DNA of 64,000 nt from Candidatus Eiseniibacteriota bacterium (lineage in GTDB: Bacteria > Orphanbacterota > Orphanbacteria > Orphanbacterales > Orphanbacteraceae). The stretch covers positions 1 through 64,000 of the forward strand of contig JBDROZ010000064.1 in the NCBI GenBank assembly GCA_043809585.1. The letters are read 5' to 3'. Position numbers and translations under genes: made by a program. Below the pieces are notes generated by a model. That model was not told the origin of the DNA. It saw only the letters and a program-made list of their open reading frames with translations, and did no database searches. Below, in pieces: positions 26,198-35,494 of the stretch. Positions within the stretch are counted from its first letter, which is position 1; each line of letters starts with the position of its first letter.

Positions 26198-27900
26198 CGG
26201 GTCCTTCCGTTCTTCCGGGGCCGGAGGGAGAGGACGATCTCCGCGCCCGTCCCCGCGTCCCGGATCGACACGCGGGGCCCCGCCGGACCGGCGAAGACCT
26301 CCGCCTTCAGGCCCTCCGCCGATTCGATCCGAATATCGGACGCCGTGGGTGCCGGGGTGAGGGTCGCCGCGGCCACCCCCTCTTCGAACCGGTGGCGGAC
26401 GAAAGTCCTCCCCGCCGCCCGCCACGCGCCGGCGGAGGCGGCCCGCCGCCGTGCGTTCCACCAGGCGGCGACCTCGTCGAGGGTGGCGATCCAGGCTTCC
26501 CCCCGCCATCCGGCCATCCACGCGAGCAACCCCCGGAGCTGGTGCTCCCGTTCCTCTCCCAGGTCGGTATCCGTGAAGTAAGGGTGCCAGAGGATGTCGA
26601 GAAGTCCTCCCACCCGCCGGGCCGGCGCGGACCAGATGTCCCACGCGCCGTGGTTCGTGATTCCCTCCGCCACGAGGGCCCGGTCCATCCCGTGGAGAGG
26701 AATCTCGACGAAGTCTTCGATTCCGAAGGGGGAGAAGGGGAAGCTCGTCCCCCCCCGGAAGCCGGGCGTGTCCGGATACCCGAGGGAGGCATCGTAGCGG
26801 AAGCCGGCCTGCCGCTGGGCGGCCCAGGTCTCCGGCACCCGGAGGCGGATATAATGCTGACGCACCCCGGCGATCTCCCTTCCCACCGATTCCTCCACCT
26901 TGGCCCGCTCCCTCCGGAGCGTGTCGGCGGAGAGATACGAGTCGAGGCCGCCGTGGAGACCGACGGCGAAACCCCTCTCGGCGAGGTCCCGGAGGAACCG
27001 CCGGAAAGGGGGGGATTCGACGCGGTAACGCCGGTCGAAGCGGTCCTTATCTACGGCGAGGAAGAAGAAGGTCGAGCGAATGTCGTGGTCCCCTTCCCAC
27101 CGGAGAATCCGTTCCGAGAGCAACGTGGGGGAGACGGCGCCGTCCCGGAGGTCCCTGAGGGCGAGGCGGAGGCCTTTCCGGCGCCCCCCCGTCCCCCCAC
27201 GGAGCGCCTGAAGGCCGTGCCGGGCGAGACGGCGTTCCCAGCGAAGCGACTGGTCCTGGTCATGGCTGAGGGAGACGGCGAACTGCTCCCCCCGGGGCCA
27301 GGGGAGGAGGCGGACCATGGCCATGCCCGCGCCGACGAGGGCGGACTCGATGGCGGCCCGAAGCATCGACCCGAGCCGGTCCACCACCGGTTCCCCGAAA
27401 AGGTCCCATTCGGCGAGCCAGGAACTCTCGGGCCTGTAACGGTCGAGAATGTCCCGAGGCCCTTCCTTCTCCTCCCGGCGCGAGAGCAGGCGGCGCGCCG
27501 GCAGCGCCAGGTCGAAGGCGAAGCGGACCCGGTTCGGCCACGCCCCCTCGCGGACCGCCGCCACGCCCCCCCGGCGGTCCCGCCAGAGCGCCTCCCCGTG
27601 GGGTAGGGCGTCGAAGGGGGGAAAGGCGAGAAACGTGTCCCCGTCCCGGTCGTACACTTCCACCGGGTCGGGGAGCCGTCCTCCCTCGCTCGCCGCCCGC
27701 TCGTGTTTCGGGATGAAGACGAGGGGGGCCCCGCCGGGCGCGTCCGCTCCTTCGGCGCCGTAGGCGATGGAGAGGTACGGCTCGTCCCCCTCGGGGCGCC
27801 CGCCTACGGCGAGGCCGAGGACTTGGAGCATTTGACCGAGGACCCAGCGGGATTGTTCGTCCCGGGGGTCCGTGCCGTGGGCGGTGAGGACGACTCTCAA
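26194..27900 (-). CDS. Polysaccharide deacetylase-family protein
   Basis: LSHDQD, STFFFL, VGLHG, GVRQHY, YDASLGY, GFRGGT, LWHP; TTG start after GGAAGG (start uncertain). Confidence 0.78.
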   Translation of the reverse strand: MRVVLTAHGTDPRDEQSRWVLGQMLQVLGLAVGGRPEGDEPYLSIAYGAEGADAPGGAPLVFIPKHERAASEGGRLPDPVEVYDRDGDTFLAFPPFDALPHGEALWRDRRGGVAAVREGAWPNRVRFAFDLALPARRLLSRREEKEGPRDILDRYRPESSWLAEWDLFGEPVVDRLGSMLRAAIESALVGAGMAMVRLLPWPRGEQFAVSLSHDQDQSLRWERRLARHGLQALRGGTGGRRKGLRLALRDLRDGAVSPTLLSERILRWEGDHDIRSTFFFLAVDKDRFDRRYRVESPPFRRFLRDLAERGFAVGLHGGLDSYLSADTLRRERAKVEESVGREIAGVRQHYIRLRVPETWAAQRQAGFRYDASLGYPDTPGFRGGTSFPFSPFGIEDFVEIPLHGMDRALVAEGITNHGAWDIWSAPARRVGGLLDILWHPYFTDTDLGEEREHQLRGLLAWMAGWRGEAWIATLDEVAAWWNARRRAASAGAWRAAGRTFVRHRFEEGVAAATLTPAPTASDIRIESAEGLKAEVFAGPAGPRVSIRDAGTGAEIVLSLRPRKNGRTR

Positions 27901-28049
27901 GGCACCTTCCCGCGCGTGAGGAGTTTGTCGCGCCGGAGTGTACTCCCCCGTTCCCGGGCGTGTCAACGCGGCGCACCGTGGAAGGGTTTACCGCGGGGGA
28001 TGGAGACTGATATCCTTGCCGGAGCCGCGGCGCGGGCCGCAAGGAGGCG

Positions 28050-28982
28050 ATGGTGAAGATCCTCGTCTACGGAGCGGGGGCGATCGGGTCCCTTTTCGGC
28101 GGGCTCCTTTCCCGGTCCCACGACGTCACGCTCGTCGGACGACGCCCCCACGTGGAGGCGATCACCCGGGAGGGACTGGTCGTCGCCTCCGAATCGGGCG
28201 AAGAGACTTACCACCCCCGCGTTTCGGAGCGGATCCCGTCCGGACGATCGTGGGACCTGGTCGCGGTCGCCGTGAAGGTTTTCGACCTCGAAGAGGCCGG
28301 GCTCACGCTCGCCGGTCTCGATCCGGCTCCGGAGTCGGTCCTTCTCCTTCAGAACGGCATCGGAAACGAAGAGGTCCTCCGGGCCCACGTCCCGGCGGAG
28401 AAGATCGTGCGCGCCGTCGTCTATCACGGCGTGAGCGTGGCGAATCCCGGCCGTCTTCTCTGGTTCGGCCGGGGCATGACGCTCCTCGGGCGCCCCCTCG
28501 TGGCGGGGCCCGCGGGCCCCCGGACCGAAGGGTACGCCCGTAGCTTCACGGACTCCGGGTTCCCCTCCCGGATCGCGGAAGACATGGAACGGGAGATCTG
28601 GCGGAAACTCGCCGTCAACGCCGGCATCAATCCCCTCGGCGCGATCACGGGCCTCGCGAATGGCGAACTCCTCCGGTCCCCCTTCCTTCTCCGGCTGCTC
28701 CGGTCCGTGGATCAGGAGGTGGAGGCGGTCGCCCGGGCGGTCACGGGCCGGCCGGTGGAGACGGCCGGCAAGGCGGAGGAGATCGCGGAGAACACCGCGG
28801 GGAACCGAAACTCGATGCTCGTCGATCTCGAAGAGGGACGGCGGACGGAGATCGATTTCCTCTCCGGCGCCGTCGTCCGGCACGCCGACGTACATGGCAT
28901 CCCCGTACCCGTCAACCAGGTCCTCGAGGGCCTGGTGAAGGGGAAGGAAGAGGCGATGAGGAGGAGGATGGGGAAGGGGTAG
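28050..28982 (+). CDS. panE: 2-dehydropantoate 2-reductase
   Basis: GAGAIG Rossmann motif, LQNGIG, WRKLAVNAGIN, SMLVD, TEIDFLSG. Confidence 0.93.
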   Translation: MVKILVYGAGAIGSLFGGLLSRSHDVTLVGRRPHVEAITREGLVVASESGEETYHPRVSERIPSGRSWDLVAVAVKVFDLEEAGLTLAGLDPAPESVLLLQNGIGNEEVLRAHVPAEKIVRAVVYHGVSVANPGRLLWFGRGMTLLGRPLVAGPAGPRTEGYARSFTDSGFPSRIAEDMEREIWRKLAVNAGINPLGAITGLANGELLRSPFLLRLLRSVDQEVEAVARAVTGRPVETAGKAEEIAENTAGNRNSMLVDLEEGRRTEIDFLSGAVVRHADVHGIPVPVNQVLEGLVKGKEEAMRRRMGKG

Positions 28983-28997
28983 ACTGCCCGAAGCGGC

Positions 28998-29043
28998 TAT
29001 CTTCCTCGGACCCCTCTTCTGCACTCGGGAACTGTCGTGCTCG
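28998..29043 (+). repeat. Dispersed repeat motif A, copy 1
   Basis: 41/46 identical to 49515-49560; ungapped similarity to 43227-43272. Confidence 0.8.
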
Positions 29044-29103
29044 ACTCTTTTCGGTACCAGATTCTCCCGGAGCGAAGCAAAGGGGTATCTGGTTCCGAAA
29101 GGC

Positions 29104-29208
29104 CGATATTCGGGGGACACAATACCTAATTCGATATTCGGGGGACACAATACCTAATCGATATTCGGGGGACACAATACCTAATCGATATTCGGTATTG
29201 TGTCCCCC
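29104..29208. repeat. Three tandem 27-bp units (CGATATTCGGGGGACACAATACCTAAT) plus an inverted 15-bp core (motif B-related)
   Basis: Units at 29104, 29132 and 29159; GGTATTGTGTCCCCC at 29194-29208 is the reverse complement of the core. Confidence 0.92.
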
Positions 29209-29238
29209 AAACCGCGCAGGTAGGACAAGGGACCTGCC

Positions 29239-29322
29239 CCCGTTCGTCCTGAGTGCCGCCCGGTCCTCCGGGCGGTGTATCGAAGCCTGTCCTGAGTAGG
29301 ACCGAAGGTCCGTATCGAAGGG
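29239..29322 (+). repeat. Two head-to-tail REP-like units, motif C (GTCCTGAGT-hairpin-GTATCGAAG)
   Basis: 29285-29322 matches 45040-45077 with one mismatch; the first unit resembles the reverse complement of 45216-45270. Confidence 0.8.
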
Positions 29323-29386
29323 GATGAACAGAGGAAGCGCAGCCCGTGATCCGGATCCGCAGCAGAATCGACCCGAACATCGCGGG

Positions 29387-30739
29387 CTAGAAGCGATAAC
29401 CGACGCTGAGCAGGTAGTCATTCATCTTCCGCTCTTCCGAGTACGGTGCGTTCACCGGATCCTCGGTCACCCGCTCGTAGCTCCCCGTCTGCCACGTGAA
29501 ATCGACGGCGAGTACCTGGTCGAACAGATACCCCGCGCCGAGGGAGAAGTACTGCCGCTCCCGGTCGATGGAGATGTCGATCTCCGACGGGTCCCGGCCG
29601 TTCTCCACGGTCAGGGCCGACTCGTTCGGGATGTAGGTGAGTTGGAAGGGGGCCGGATCGTACCGGTACCCTCCCCGGAACCGGAGCGGGAACCAGGGGA
29701 GCAGCGTCTCGGCCCCCACGGCGAACGAAGTGCCGTCTCGGTAGTAGGGCCGATAGTAGAACTCCTCGCCGTCTACCTCGCTTTCCAACTTCTGCCAATC
29801 AGTCTGCCGGATATCAGCCGCCAAAATCAGTCCCTGGATGGAATACGAAAGGCCAAAGCCGATCCACCAAGGGTAAGTGATCTTGTCGTTCGTAATGACC
29901 GGATCACCAGGATCGACAGATGGTGATCCGTCATCGAGACGATCCCGGAGTTGAAGACGGCGATAGGAGTCAAGCGAAAGATATCGCGGCGCACCGAGCA
30001 CACCACCGAAGCGAACGCGAGGAGACGCCTTATAGAGGATGCCAAGTGAACCGGTCCATCCGGTTACCGTGGCGTCCCAAAGATAGAAGTCCTCGTAAGA
30101 AGCATAGACCGGGCTCGTCCCGAAGAGGTCCTCGGTCTTGAACGACTGCTCGTCGTAGAGATCCCCTCGCAGATACGAAAGGCCAACGCCGAGGGAGAGG
30201 CGGGCCGTCACGTCCCAACCCACGGCGCCGGTGTAAGCAGAGAGCTTGCCGTCCCGAAGATGGGTGTCCGTGAGCAGGGCCGACCCGTTCGAGTCGTCGG
30301 GGAATTCGATGTCGCCGTCCTGCCCGCTTCGCTCGTATCGCGTGGTGTAGTCCTGAAGCCGGTCGACGCCGAAACCGATGACCAGGGAACCCCGGTATGT
30401 CGGAAACGGGTAGAGAAAGTGCAGGCTACCGATCTGGTTCTCGAAGGTTCCCCGGTCGGCGCCGCTGCCGTGCCAGACCGTCTCCACCTCCCGGTCTCCC
30501 CGGGCGATCGTCGTCGAGAGCTCGATCCGCCGCACGTTGACGAGTCCCGCCGGGTTCCAGAGGAGCGCGGACGCGTCCTCGGCGACGGCGATGTGGGCGC
30601 CTCCCATTCCAAGGGCCCGGGCGTGGGAGCCGGTCAACTCCGCAACGGGAAGTTCCAATTCTGTGTATGGGTGACCTGCGCCGAAGGCGGCGCCGGCCGC
30701 GGCCAGGACGGACACAGTACCGAACAGGATGTTCCTCAT
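29387..30739 (-). CDS. FadL/OmpP1-family outer-membrane beta-barrel
   Basis: Signal peptide; ARALGMGGAHIAVAEDASALLWNPAGL hatch motif; terminal VGYRF. Confidence 0.85.
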   Translation of the reverse strand: MRNILFGTVSVLAAAGAAFGAGHPYTELELPVAELTGSHARALGMGGAHIAVAEDASALLWNPAGLVNVRRIELSTTIARGDREVETVWHGSGADRGTFENQIGSLHFLYPFPTYRGSLVIGFGVDRLQDYTTRYERSGQDGDIEFPDDSNGSALLTDTHLRDGKLSAYTGAVGWDVTARLSLGVGLSYLRGDLYDEQSFKTEDLFGTSPVYASYEDFYLWDATVTGWTGSLGILYKASPRVRFGGVLGAPRYLSLDSYRRLQLRDRLDDGSPSVDPGDPVITNDKITYPWWIGFGLSYSIQGLILAADIRQTDWQKLESEVDGEEFYYRPYYRDGTSFAVGAETLLPWFPLRFRGGYRYDPAPFQLTYIPNESALTVENGRDPSEIDISIDRERQYFSLGAGYLFDQVLAVDFTWQTGSYERVTEDPVNAPYSEERKMNDYLLSVGYRF

Positions 30740-30772
30740 CGTTCGCTCCGCCTCCGGGCTCGGGGTTAGTCT

Positions 30773-31300
30773 CTATCTTCGGGGCTTCTTCTTCTGGTCA
30801 GAGGGGGCCGGTTCCTTCGAGTCCTTCGAGTCCTTCGAGTCCGACGATTCAGCAGACGGCGCCGCGGGCGTTCCCGGGTTCGATCCGCCCGGAGACGCAC
30901 CCGGGTAGACGCCGCCGCTCGGCGCGTCGCTCGGGCTCTCCCCCCGGCGGAGGCCCCGCTTGTCCCAGACGGACCGGCCCGATCCGGTCGGCGAGGATTC
31001 ATCGTACCGGCCGTAGTCGATCCAGTAGTCCTCGTACCACCAGGGGCGCCGGTAGTAGTCGTCCCACCAGGTGTAACCGTCGTAGGCGACCATGCCGGGC
31101 CACCCCCAGATCAGCGGATGATCGAAGGCGCCGAACCACTCGCTTTCGTAGTGGCAATCGCCGCACGGAATGGCGTCCGATCCTTCGTCGTGGATCACCG
31201 CCAGAGGGACGCCGGAAGGATGATGGAAAACCGTGTAGCATCCCGGAAGAAGAAGGGAGACGAGCGCGATCAATCCCAAAGTCGTCGCCGTCGTACGCAT
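30773..31300 (-). CDS. Lipoprotein with a CxxCH motif, W/Y-rich core and disordered tail
   Basis: GAGGAG RBS; lipobox LLLPGC; CGDCH; DSKDSKDSK encoded by a 9-bp tandem repeat. Confidence 0.8.
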   Translation of the reverse strand: MRTTATTLGLIALVSLLLPGCYTVFHHPSGVPLAVIHDEGSDAIPCGDCHYESEWFGAFDHPLIWGWPGMVAYDGYTWWDDYYRRPWWYEDYWIDYGRYDESSPTGSGRSVWDKRGLRRGESPSDAPSGGVYPGASPGGSNPGTPAAPSAESSDSKDSKDSKEPAPSDQKKKPRR

Positions 31301-31336
31301 GATCGCTCCTCGCTGGGGGTTTCACGAATCCCATTC

Positions 31337-31365
31337 AATGTACTCGATCGGGCCGTTGCCGTCAA
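31337..31365 (-). promoter_or_regulatory. Sigma70-type promoter
   Basis: Minus strand TTGACG-N17-TACATT upstream of the lipoprotein-FadL pair. Confidence 0.6.
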
Positions 31366-31559
31366 CGATTGTCCCGGACGAGGTTACGCCCCCCGGCCCC
31401 CGGCAGGGGTCCGTCGTTTCCCCCGGCCCGTCCCTGTGCTAAGGTTCGGGATCGGCACCGGATTCCGATAGCCCGAACGTTCGGAGAGAGTGAAGTCAGC
31501 GGAGGGAAGTTCCCAGGGGGCGCCGGCATCCCGGGGGAGGCCTCCGCGAGAGGGAGACG

Positions 31560-33281
31560 ATGGGAAAGGACGGCACGATTCCAAGGGCGATCTTCCCGCT
31601 CCTCCTCGCTCTACTCTCCGCCTGCGCCGGGCCGCCCCCCCCGGGAGACCCTTTCGATGACCTCCGGTTCGAGGAGAGGTCGGACGACGACGGGGCCCGG
31701 GCGTACACGCTCTACCTCCGCGCCCGGTTCCAGGAGCAGTCGGGGGACGAGGAGGGCGCCATCGAGAGCTACCGGGAGGTGGTGAAGCTCGACCCGGAAG
31801 CGGTCGACGCCTATGCCCGCCTCGCCCAGATCCACTTCGACCGGCTCGAGTTCGAAGCGGCGGCCCGGTACGCGAAGGAAGCCGTCGACCGCGACCCGAC
31901 CCGGGAGGAGGCGCTGACGGTCCTCGCCAGGGCGTACATGGAGACCGGCGAGACGGACCGCGCGGTCGCCCGGTTCGAGAGCCTCGCCGCCTCGGAGTCG
32001 GAAGGGGGGACGGCCCACTACTTTCTCTCTCTCCTCTACAGGGCCCGGGGCGAGGAAGGAAAGGCGGTCGCGGCGCTCGAGCGGGCCGTCGCCGTCGCCC
32101 CCGAGAACCCCTTCTATCGTTACCGCCTCGCCGAAACCTACAAAGACGCCGAGGACTTCGACCGGGCCGAGCGGGAGTACCTCAAGGCCGCCTCCCTCGC
32201 CCCCGACGACGGTCCTATCCTGTACGCCCTCGCCCGGCTCTACACCTCCCTCCAGCGGTGGGACCGGGCGGCGGAAGTTCTGGAAGAGCTCGCCGGCCGG
32301 GGATTCCGTCCCCGGGACGTCCATTACCGTTTGGTCGGGATCTACCTCCAGCTCGGCGCCCCCGAGGACGCGGTGCGCCACGCGGAAGCCCTCAAGGAGC
32401 TGGACCCGACGAATCTGAAGATGCGGGGCGAGGTGGCCGACCTCTTCCTCCGTCTCGGCCGGGAAGAGGAGGGGGTGGAGGAGCTGAACATGATGTGGAA
32501 GGCGGCGCCAGACAATCCGGCCCCCGCCCGCCGGCTCGCCGAGTTCTACTTCTCCCGAAATCGCCTCGGCGAAGGGGAGAGTGTGGTTCGCCGGGTGCTC
32601 GCCGGCGACCCCGGAAGTGTCTGGGCGTGGACATCCCTCTCGTACGTCCAGTTCCGGCGAGGGGATTACGCGGGATCCGTCGCTTCCCTGGAAACGGCCC
32701 TCTCCCAGGACCCCGAGAACGGGGAGATCCTCTATCTCCTCGGCGCCTCCTGGCTCGCCGCGGACCGGGAGGAGGAAGCCCTCCGCCGCTACCGGGAGGC
32801 GTACGAGAAGGGATTCCACCCCTCGGACCTGCTCTTTCGTTTGAGCGAGCTCGAGGAGAGGAGTGGGGACCCGGACCGGGCGGTGGAGCTCCTCCGGGAG
32901 CTCGTTCGCGCGGAGCCGGAGAATCCCCAGGCCCTGAACACCCTCGGGTACCTGCTCGCCGAGAGGTCGAGGGACTTGGATGAGGCGGAGGAGCTCGTGC
33001 TCCGCGCTCTCGGCGCCCAACCGGACAATCCCTTCTACCGGGACAGCCTCGGTTGGGTCTACTACAAGAGAGGCGAGTTCGACGACGCGATCCGGGAGCT
33101 GGAGAGGGCCCACGCCGGCCGCCCCGAGGACCCGGTCATTGCCGACCATCTCGCCGGCGCCTACACCGCGGCGGGACGCCCATCGGACGCCGCACGGATC
33201 TACCGGAGGCTCCTCCGCGGGGAAGCGGAGATCGACCGGGAGCGGATCGAGGAGAAGCTGAGATCCTTGGAGACGAACTGA
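31560..33281 (+). CDS. TPR-repeat lipoprotein
   Basis: Lipobox LLSAC; many TPRs; ALNTLGYLLA, DSLGWVYYK, VIADHLA. Confidence 0.9.
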   Translation: MGKDGTIPRAIFPLLLALLSACAGPPPPGDPFDDLRFEERSDDDGARAYTLYLRARFQEQSGDEEGAIESYREVVKLDPEAVDAYARLAQIHFDRLEFEAAARYAKEAVDRDPTREEALTVLARAYMETGETDRAVARFESLAASESEGGTAHYFLSLLYRARGEEGKAVAALERAVAVAPENPFYRYRLAETYKDAEDFDRAEREYLKAASLAPDDGPILYALARLYTSLQRWDRAAEVLEELAGRGFRPRDVHYRLVGIYLQLGAPEDAVRHAEALKELDPTNLKMRGEVADLFLRLGREEEGVEELNMMWKAAPDNPAPARRLAEFYFSRNRLGEGESVVRRVLAGDPGSVWAWTSLSYVQFRRGDYAGSVASLETALSQDPENGEILYLLGASWLAADREEEALRRYREAYEKGFHPSDLLFRLSELEERSGDPDRAVELLRELVRAEPENPQALNTLGYLLAERSRDLDEAEELVLRALGAQPDNPFYRDSLGWVYYKRGEFDDAIRELERAHAGRPEDPVIADHLAGAYTAAGRPSDAARIYRRLLRGEAEIDRERIEEKLRSLETN

Positions 33282-34060
33282 TGGTCCGCCCCCCGCGGAT
33301 CGCCCTCGCCCTCCTCTTGGCCGCCGGATGCGCCGCTACCCGGTCGGGGGAGGCTCCGGACCCCGGCGCCGTCGATCCCGGACCCGCCCTCGACTCGCTC
33401 CGGGTGCGGTCGGAGGAGACGGGCGCCGCCCTCCTCGCGGGGACCATCCTCCTCGCGCTCCCGGCGGAAAAGCACTTCCTCCATTTCGAAGCGGCGCTCC
33501 TCATGCCCGACCGCTTCCGTTTCGACGTGGATCTCTCGGGACCGCTGGGATTCGGGAAGGGGCGGCTCACCGTCGTCCGCCGGGGGGAGACGATCGAGGC
33601 CCTCCGGCCCGATGGCGAGATTCCGATCCGGGGGGGGGAGGGGGACGAGGAGTTCAGGTTTCTCGACGCCTACGGACTCACCCCCTCGACCGCCCCTTAT
33701 CTGGTGGCGCCCTACGGGGGGCCCGTCGATCTCTTCCGGGAGGACCGTGTGGTGGCCTCCGGCATCGACGCCAGGAGCGGCGCCCACCGCCTGATCCTCC
33801 GGCGGGAGGACGGCCGCCGGGAAGTTCTCATGCTCGAGCCCTCCGGCGGGGACCTTCTCGAGCGCCGGGTCGTTGAACCGGGGGGCGAAGTCCACCTCGT
33901 CTGCGAATACCGGTACGACGACGAGGATGAAGGCCGGAGGCTCGCCCGGGAGGTGAAGACCCGGGTCGTCGCGGAAGATGCCTATCTGACCGTCCGGTTC
34001 TCCCGGCGGGAGAGAGACGTCCCCATCCACGCGGGTCTGTTCTTCATCGAGAGTCCCTGA
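33281..34060 (+). CDS. Lipoprotein, possibly LolA/LolB-fold (DUF4292-like)
   Basis: ATG overlaps the upstream TGA; lipobox LAAGC; beta-rich; located after a TPR lipoprotein. Confidence 0.6.
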   Translation: MVRPPRIALALLLAAGCAATRSGEAPDPGAVDPGPALDSLRVRSEETGAALLAGTILLALPAEKHFLHFEAALLMPDRFRFDVDLSGPLGFGKGRLTVVRRGETIEALRPDGEIPIRGGEGDEEFRFLDAYGLTPSTAPYLVAPYGGPVDLFREDRVVASGIDARSGAHRLILRREDGRREVLMLEPSGGDLLERRVVEPGGEVHLVCEYRYDDEDEGRRLAREVKTRVVAEDAYLTVRFSRRERDVPIHAGLFFIESP

Positions 34061-34156
34061 GCGGGAGCGGGCGGTCCTTGCGGCGAGGCGCCCGGGTGAC
34101 TACCATGCGGAAGACGGCGTCCCGGCGGGCGGGGGGCCCGTGGGGGAGAGGGACCG

Positions 34157-34780
34157 ATGAGTCCGAAGGGCGAGAGCGGGCCGGTGGGGGAGCGTACGGA
34201 CGAGGAGCTCATGTTCCTCTACCGGGACGGGGTGGAGGAAGCCTTCACCGAGCTCGTCCGGCGCTACAGGAACAAGATCGTGAGCACCGCCTACCGGGTG
34301 GTCGGGGACTACGCCAAAGCGGAGGATGTGGCCCAGGAGACCTTTCTCCGTGTCCACCGGAACGCGGACCGGTACCGCTCCATCGCCAAATTCTCCACTT
34401 GGATCTATACGATCGCCCTCAACGTCGCCCGCAACGAGCTTCGGAACACGAAACGAAAGCGGCTCGTCTCCTTGGAGGCCTTCGGACGCGATTCCGATTC
34501 CGAGCCGGGCACCTACGACATCCCCGACGAAACATCCCGGCCCGATCAGGACGTGGAAGTCCGGGAGCTGAGGCGGATCTTCAACGCCGCCATCAAGAAG
34601 CTCCCACCCCGGTACCGGACCGTCTTCGTTCTCCGCGACGTCCAAGGGCTGACCTACGAAGAAATGGCGGAAATCCTCAAGGTGCCGAAAGGAACGGTGA
34701 AGTCCCGCATGAACCGGGCGAGGCTAAAATTCAGGGAACTCATCGAACCGATCCTGGGTGAAAGCCCTGTGGATCGTTGA
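34157..34780 (+). CDS. ECF sigma factor (RpoE/SigW-like)
   Basis: AEDVAQETF, FSTWIYTIALN, TYEEMAEIL..GTVKSRMNRAR. Confidence 0.93.
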   Translation: MSPKGESGPVGERTDEELMFLYRDGVEEAFTELVRRYRNKIVSTAYRVVGDYAKAEDVAQETFLRVHRNADRYRSIAKFSTWIYTIALNVARNELRNTKRKRLVSLEAFGRDSDSEPGTYDIPDETSRPDQDVEVRELRRIFNAAIKKLPPRYRTVFVLRDVQGLTYEEMAEILKVPKGTVKSRMNRARLKFRELIEPILGESPVDR

Positions 34781-34807
34781 GCAACCTCGTTGGTGGGTAG
34801 GAGCGCG

Positions 34808-35431
34808 ATGAATACGAAGTTCTGCGGTAAAGCGAAGGAGTGGTTTTCTCCCTATTTCGACGGGATCCTTGACCGGGACGACTGTTCGAAACTGGAAGAG
34901 CATTTCCATGTATGCTCTTATTGCAAAATCGATTACGATAAGTTCAAGTCTCTGTTCGAGCAGGTGCGGTCCCTGCCGGAGGTGCCGGCGTCGGAGATGT
35001 TCGAGGCCCGGCTCCGGGCCCGCATCCGGAGGGAGGGGGCCCCGACCCGCCGCTCCTGGTGGCAGGACTTTTCCAGGATCCCTCTCCCCGTCCCCCTCGG
35101 CGCGGCCGCGGTTCTTCTCGTCGCGGTATTCGCCTACACCCGTTCCGGTAACGAAGGGGGCCCGGCCCGTGCTCTCCCCGAGCCCGCCCGGACGGCGGAG
35201 GTATCCGACACGATCCGGACCCGGACGAACACTCTTCCCAGTTTCCTCGAAGGGACGGGTCCGAACGGCGGCGTCGGCCGCGTCGCCTCCGCCGGGGGGG
35301 GGCTCGCTCCCGTGCGGCACCACCTCGTCGACATGAACGGCGTCCCCCTCGAGGGCCCCTACTTCGAAACGGAAAGCCCCCCGGTTCCCCGGGGGGGCGG
35401 CAGTTCCGTTGACACCTCCCGCGGGCGGTAG
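34808..35431 (+). CDS. Zinc-binding (ZAS) transmembrane anti-sigma factor
   Basis: N-terminal Cys plus HFHVCSYC (HxxxCxxC), one TM helix, directly after the ECF gene. Confidence 0.88.
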   Translation: MNTKFCGKAKEWFSPYFDGILDRDDCSKLEEHFHVCSYCKIDYDKFKSLFEQVRSLPEVPASEMFEARLRARIRREGAPTRRSWWQDFSRIPLPVPLGAAAVLLVAVFAYTRSGNEGGPARALPEPARTAEVSDTIRTRTNTLPSFLEGTGPNGGVGRVASAGGGLAPVRHHLVDMNGVPLEGPYFETESPPVPRGGGSSVDTSRGR

Positions 35432-35494
35432 TACGGTTCCGGCGCCGGGATGCCCCCGGTTCCCGATGCGATGCCGTCCGTGAGGGAGGGTCCC

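Noticed and set aside
29104-29208. CRISPR array
   Set aside because: The 27-bp units are contiguous with no unique spacers, and there are no cas genes.
29387-30739. Naming the barrel porV
   Set aside because: The hatch motif is shared across FadL, OmpP1 and PorV-like proteins; it cannot be assigned without a profile search.
34808-34960. AT-richer patch in the anti-sigma gene
   Set aside because: It is short, at the gene 5' end and encodes K/F/Y/C-rich sequence, which is insufficient evidence of foreign origin.
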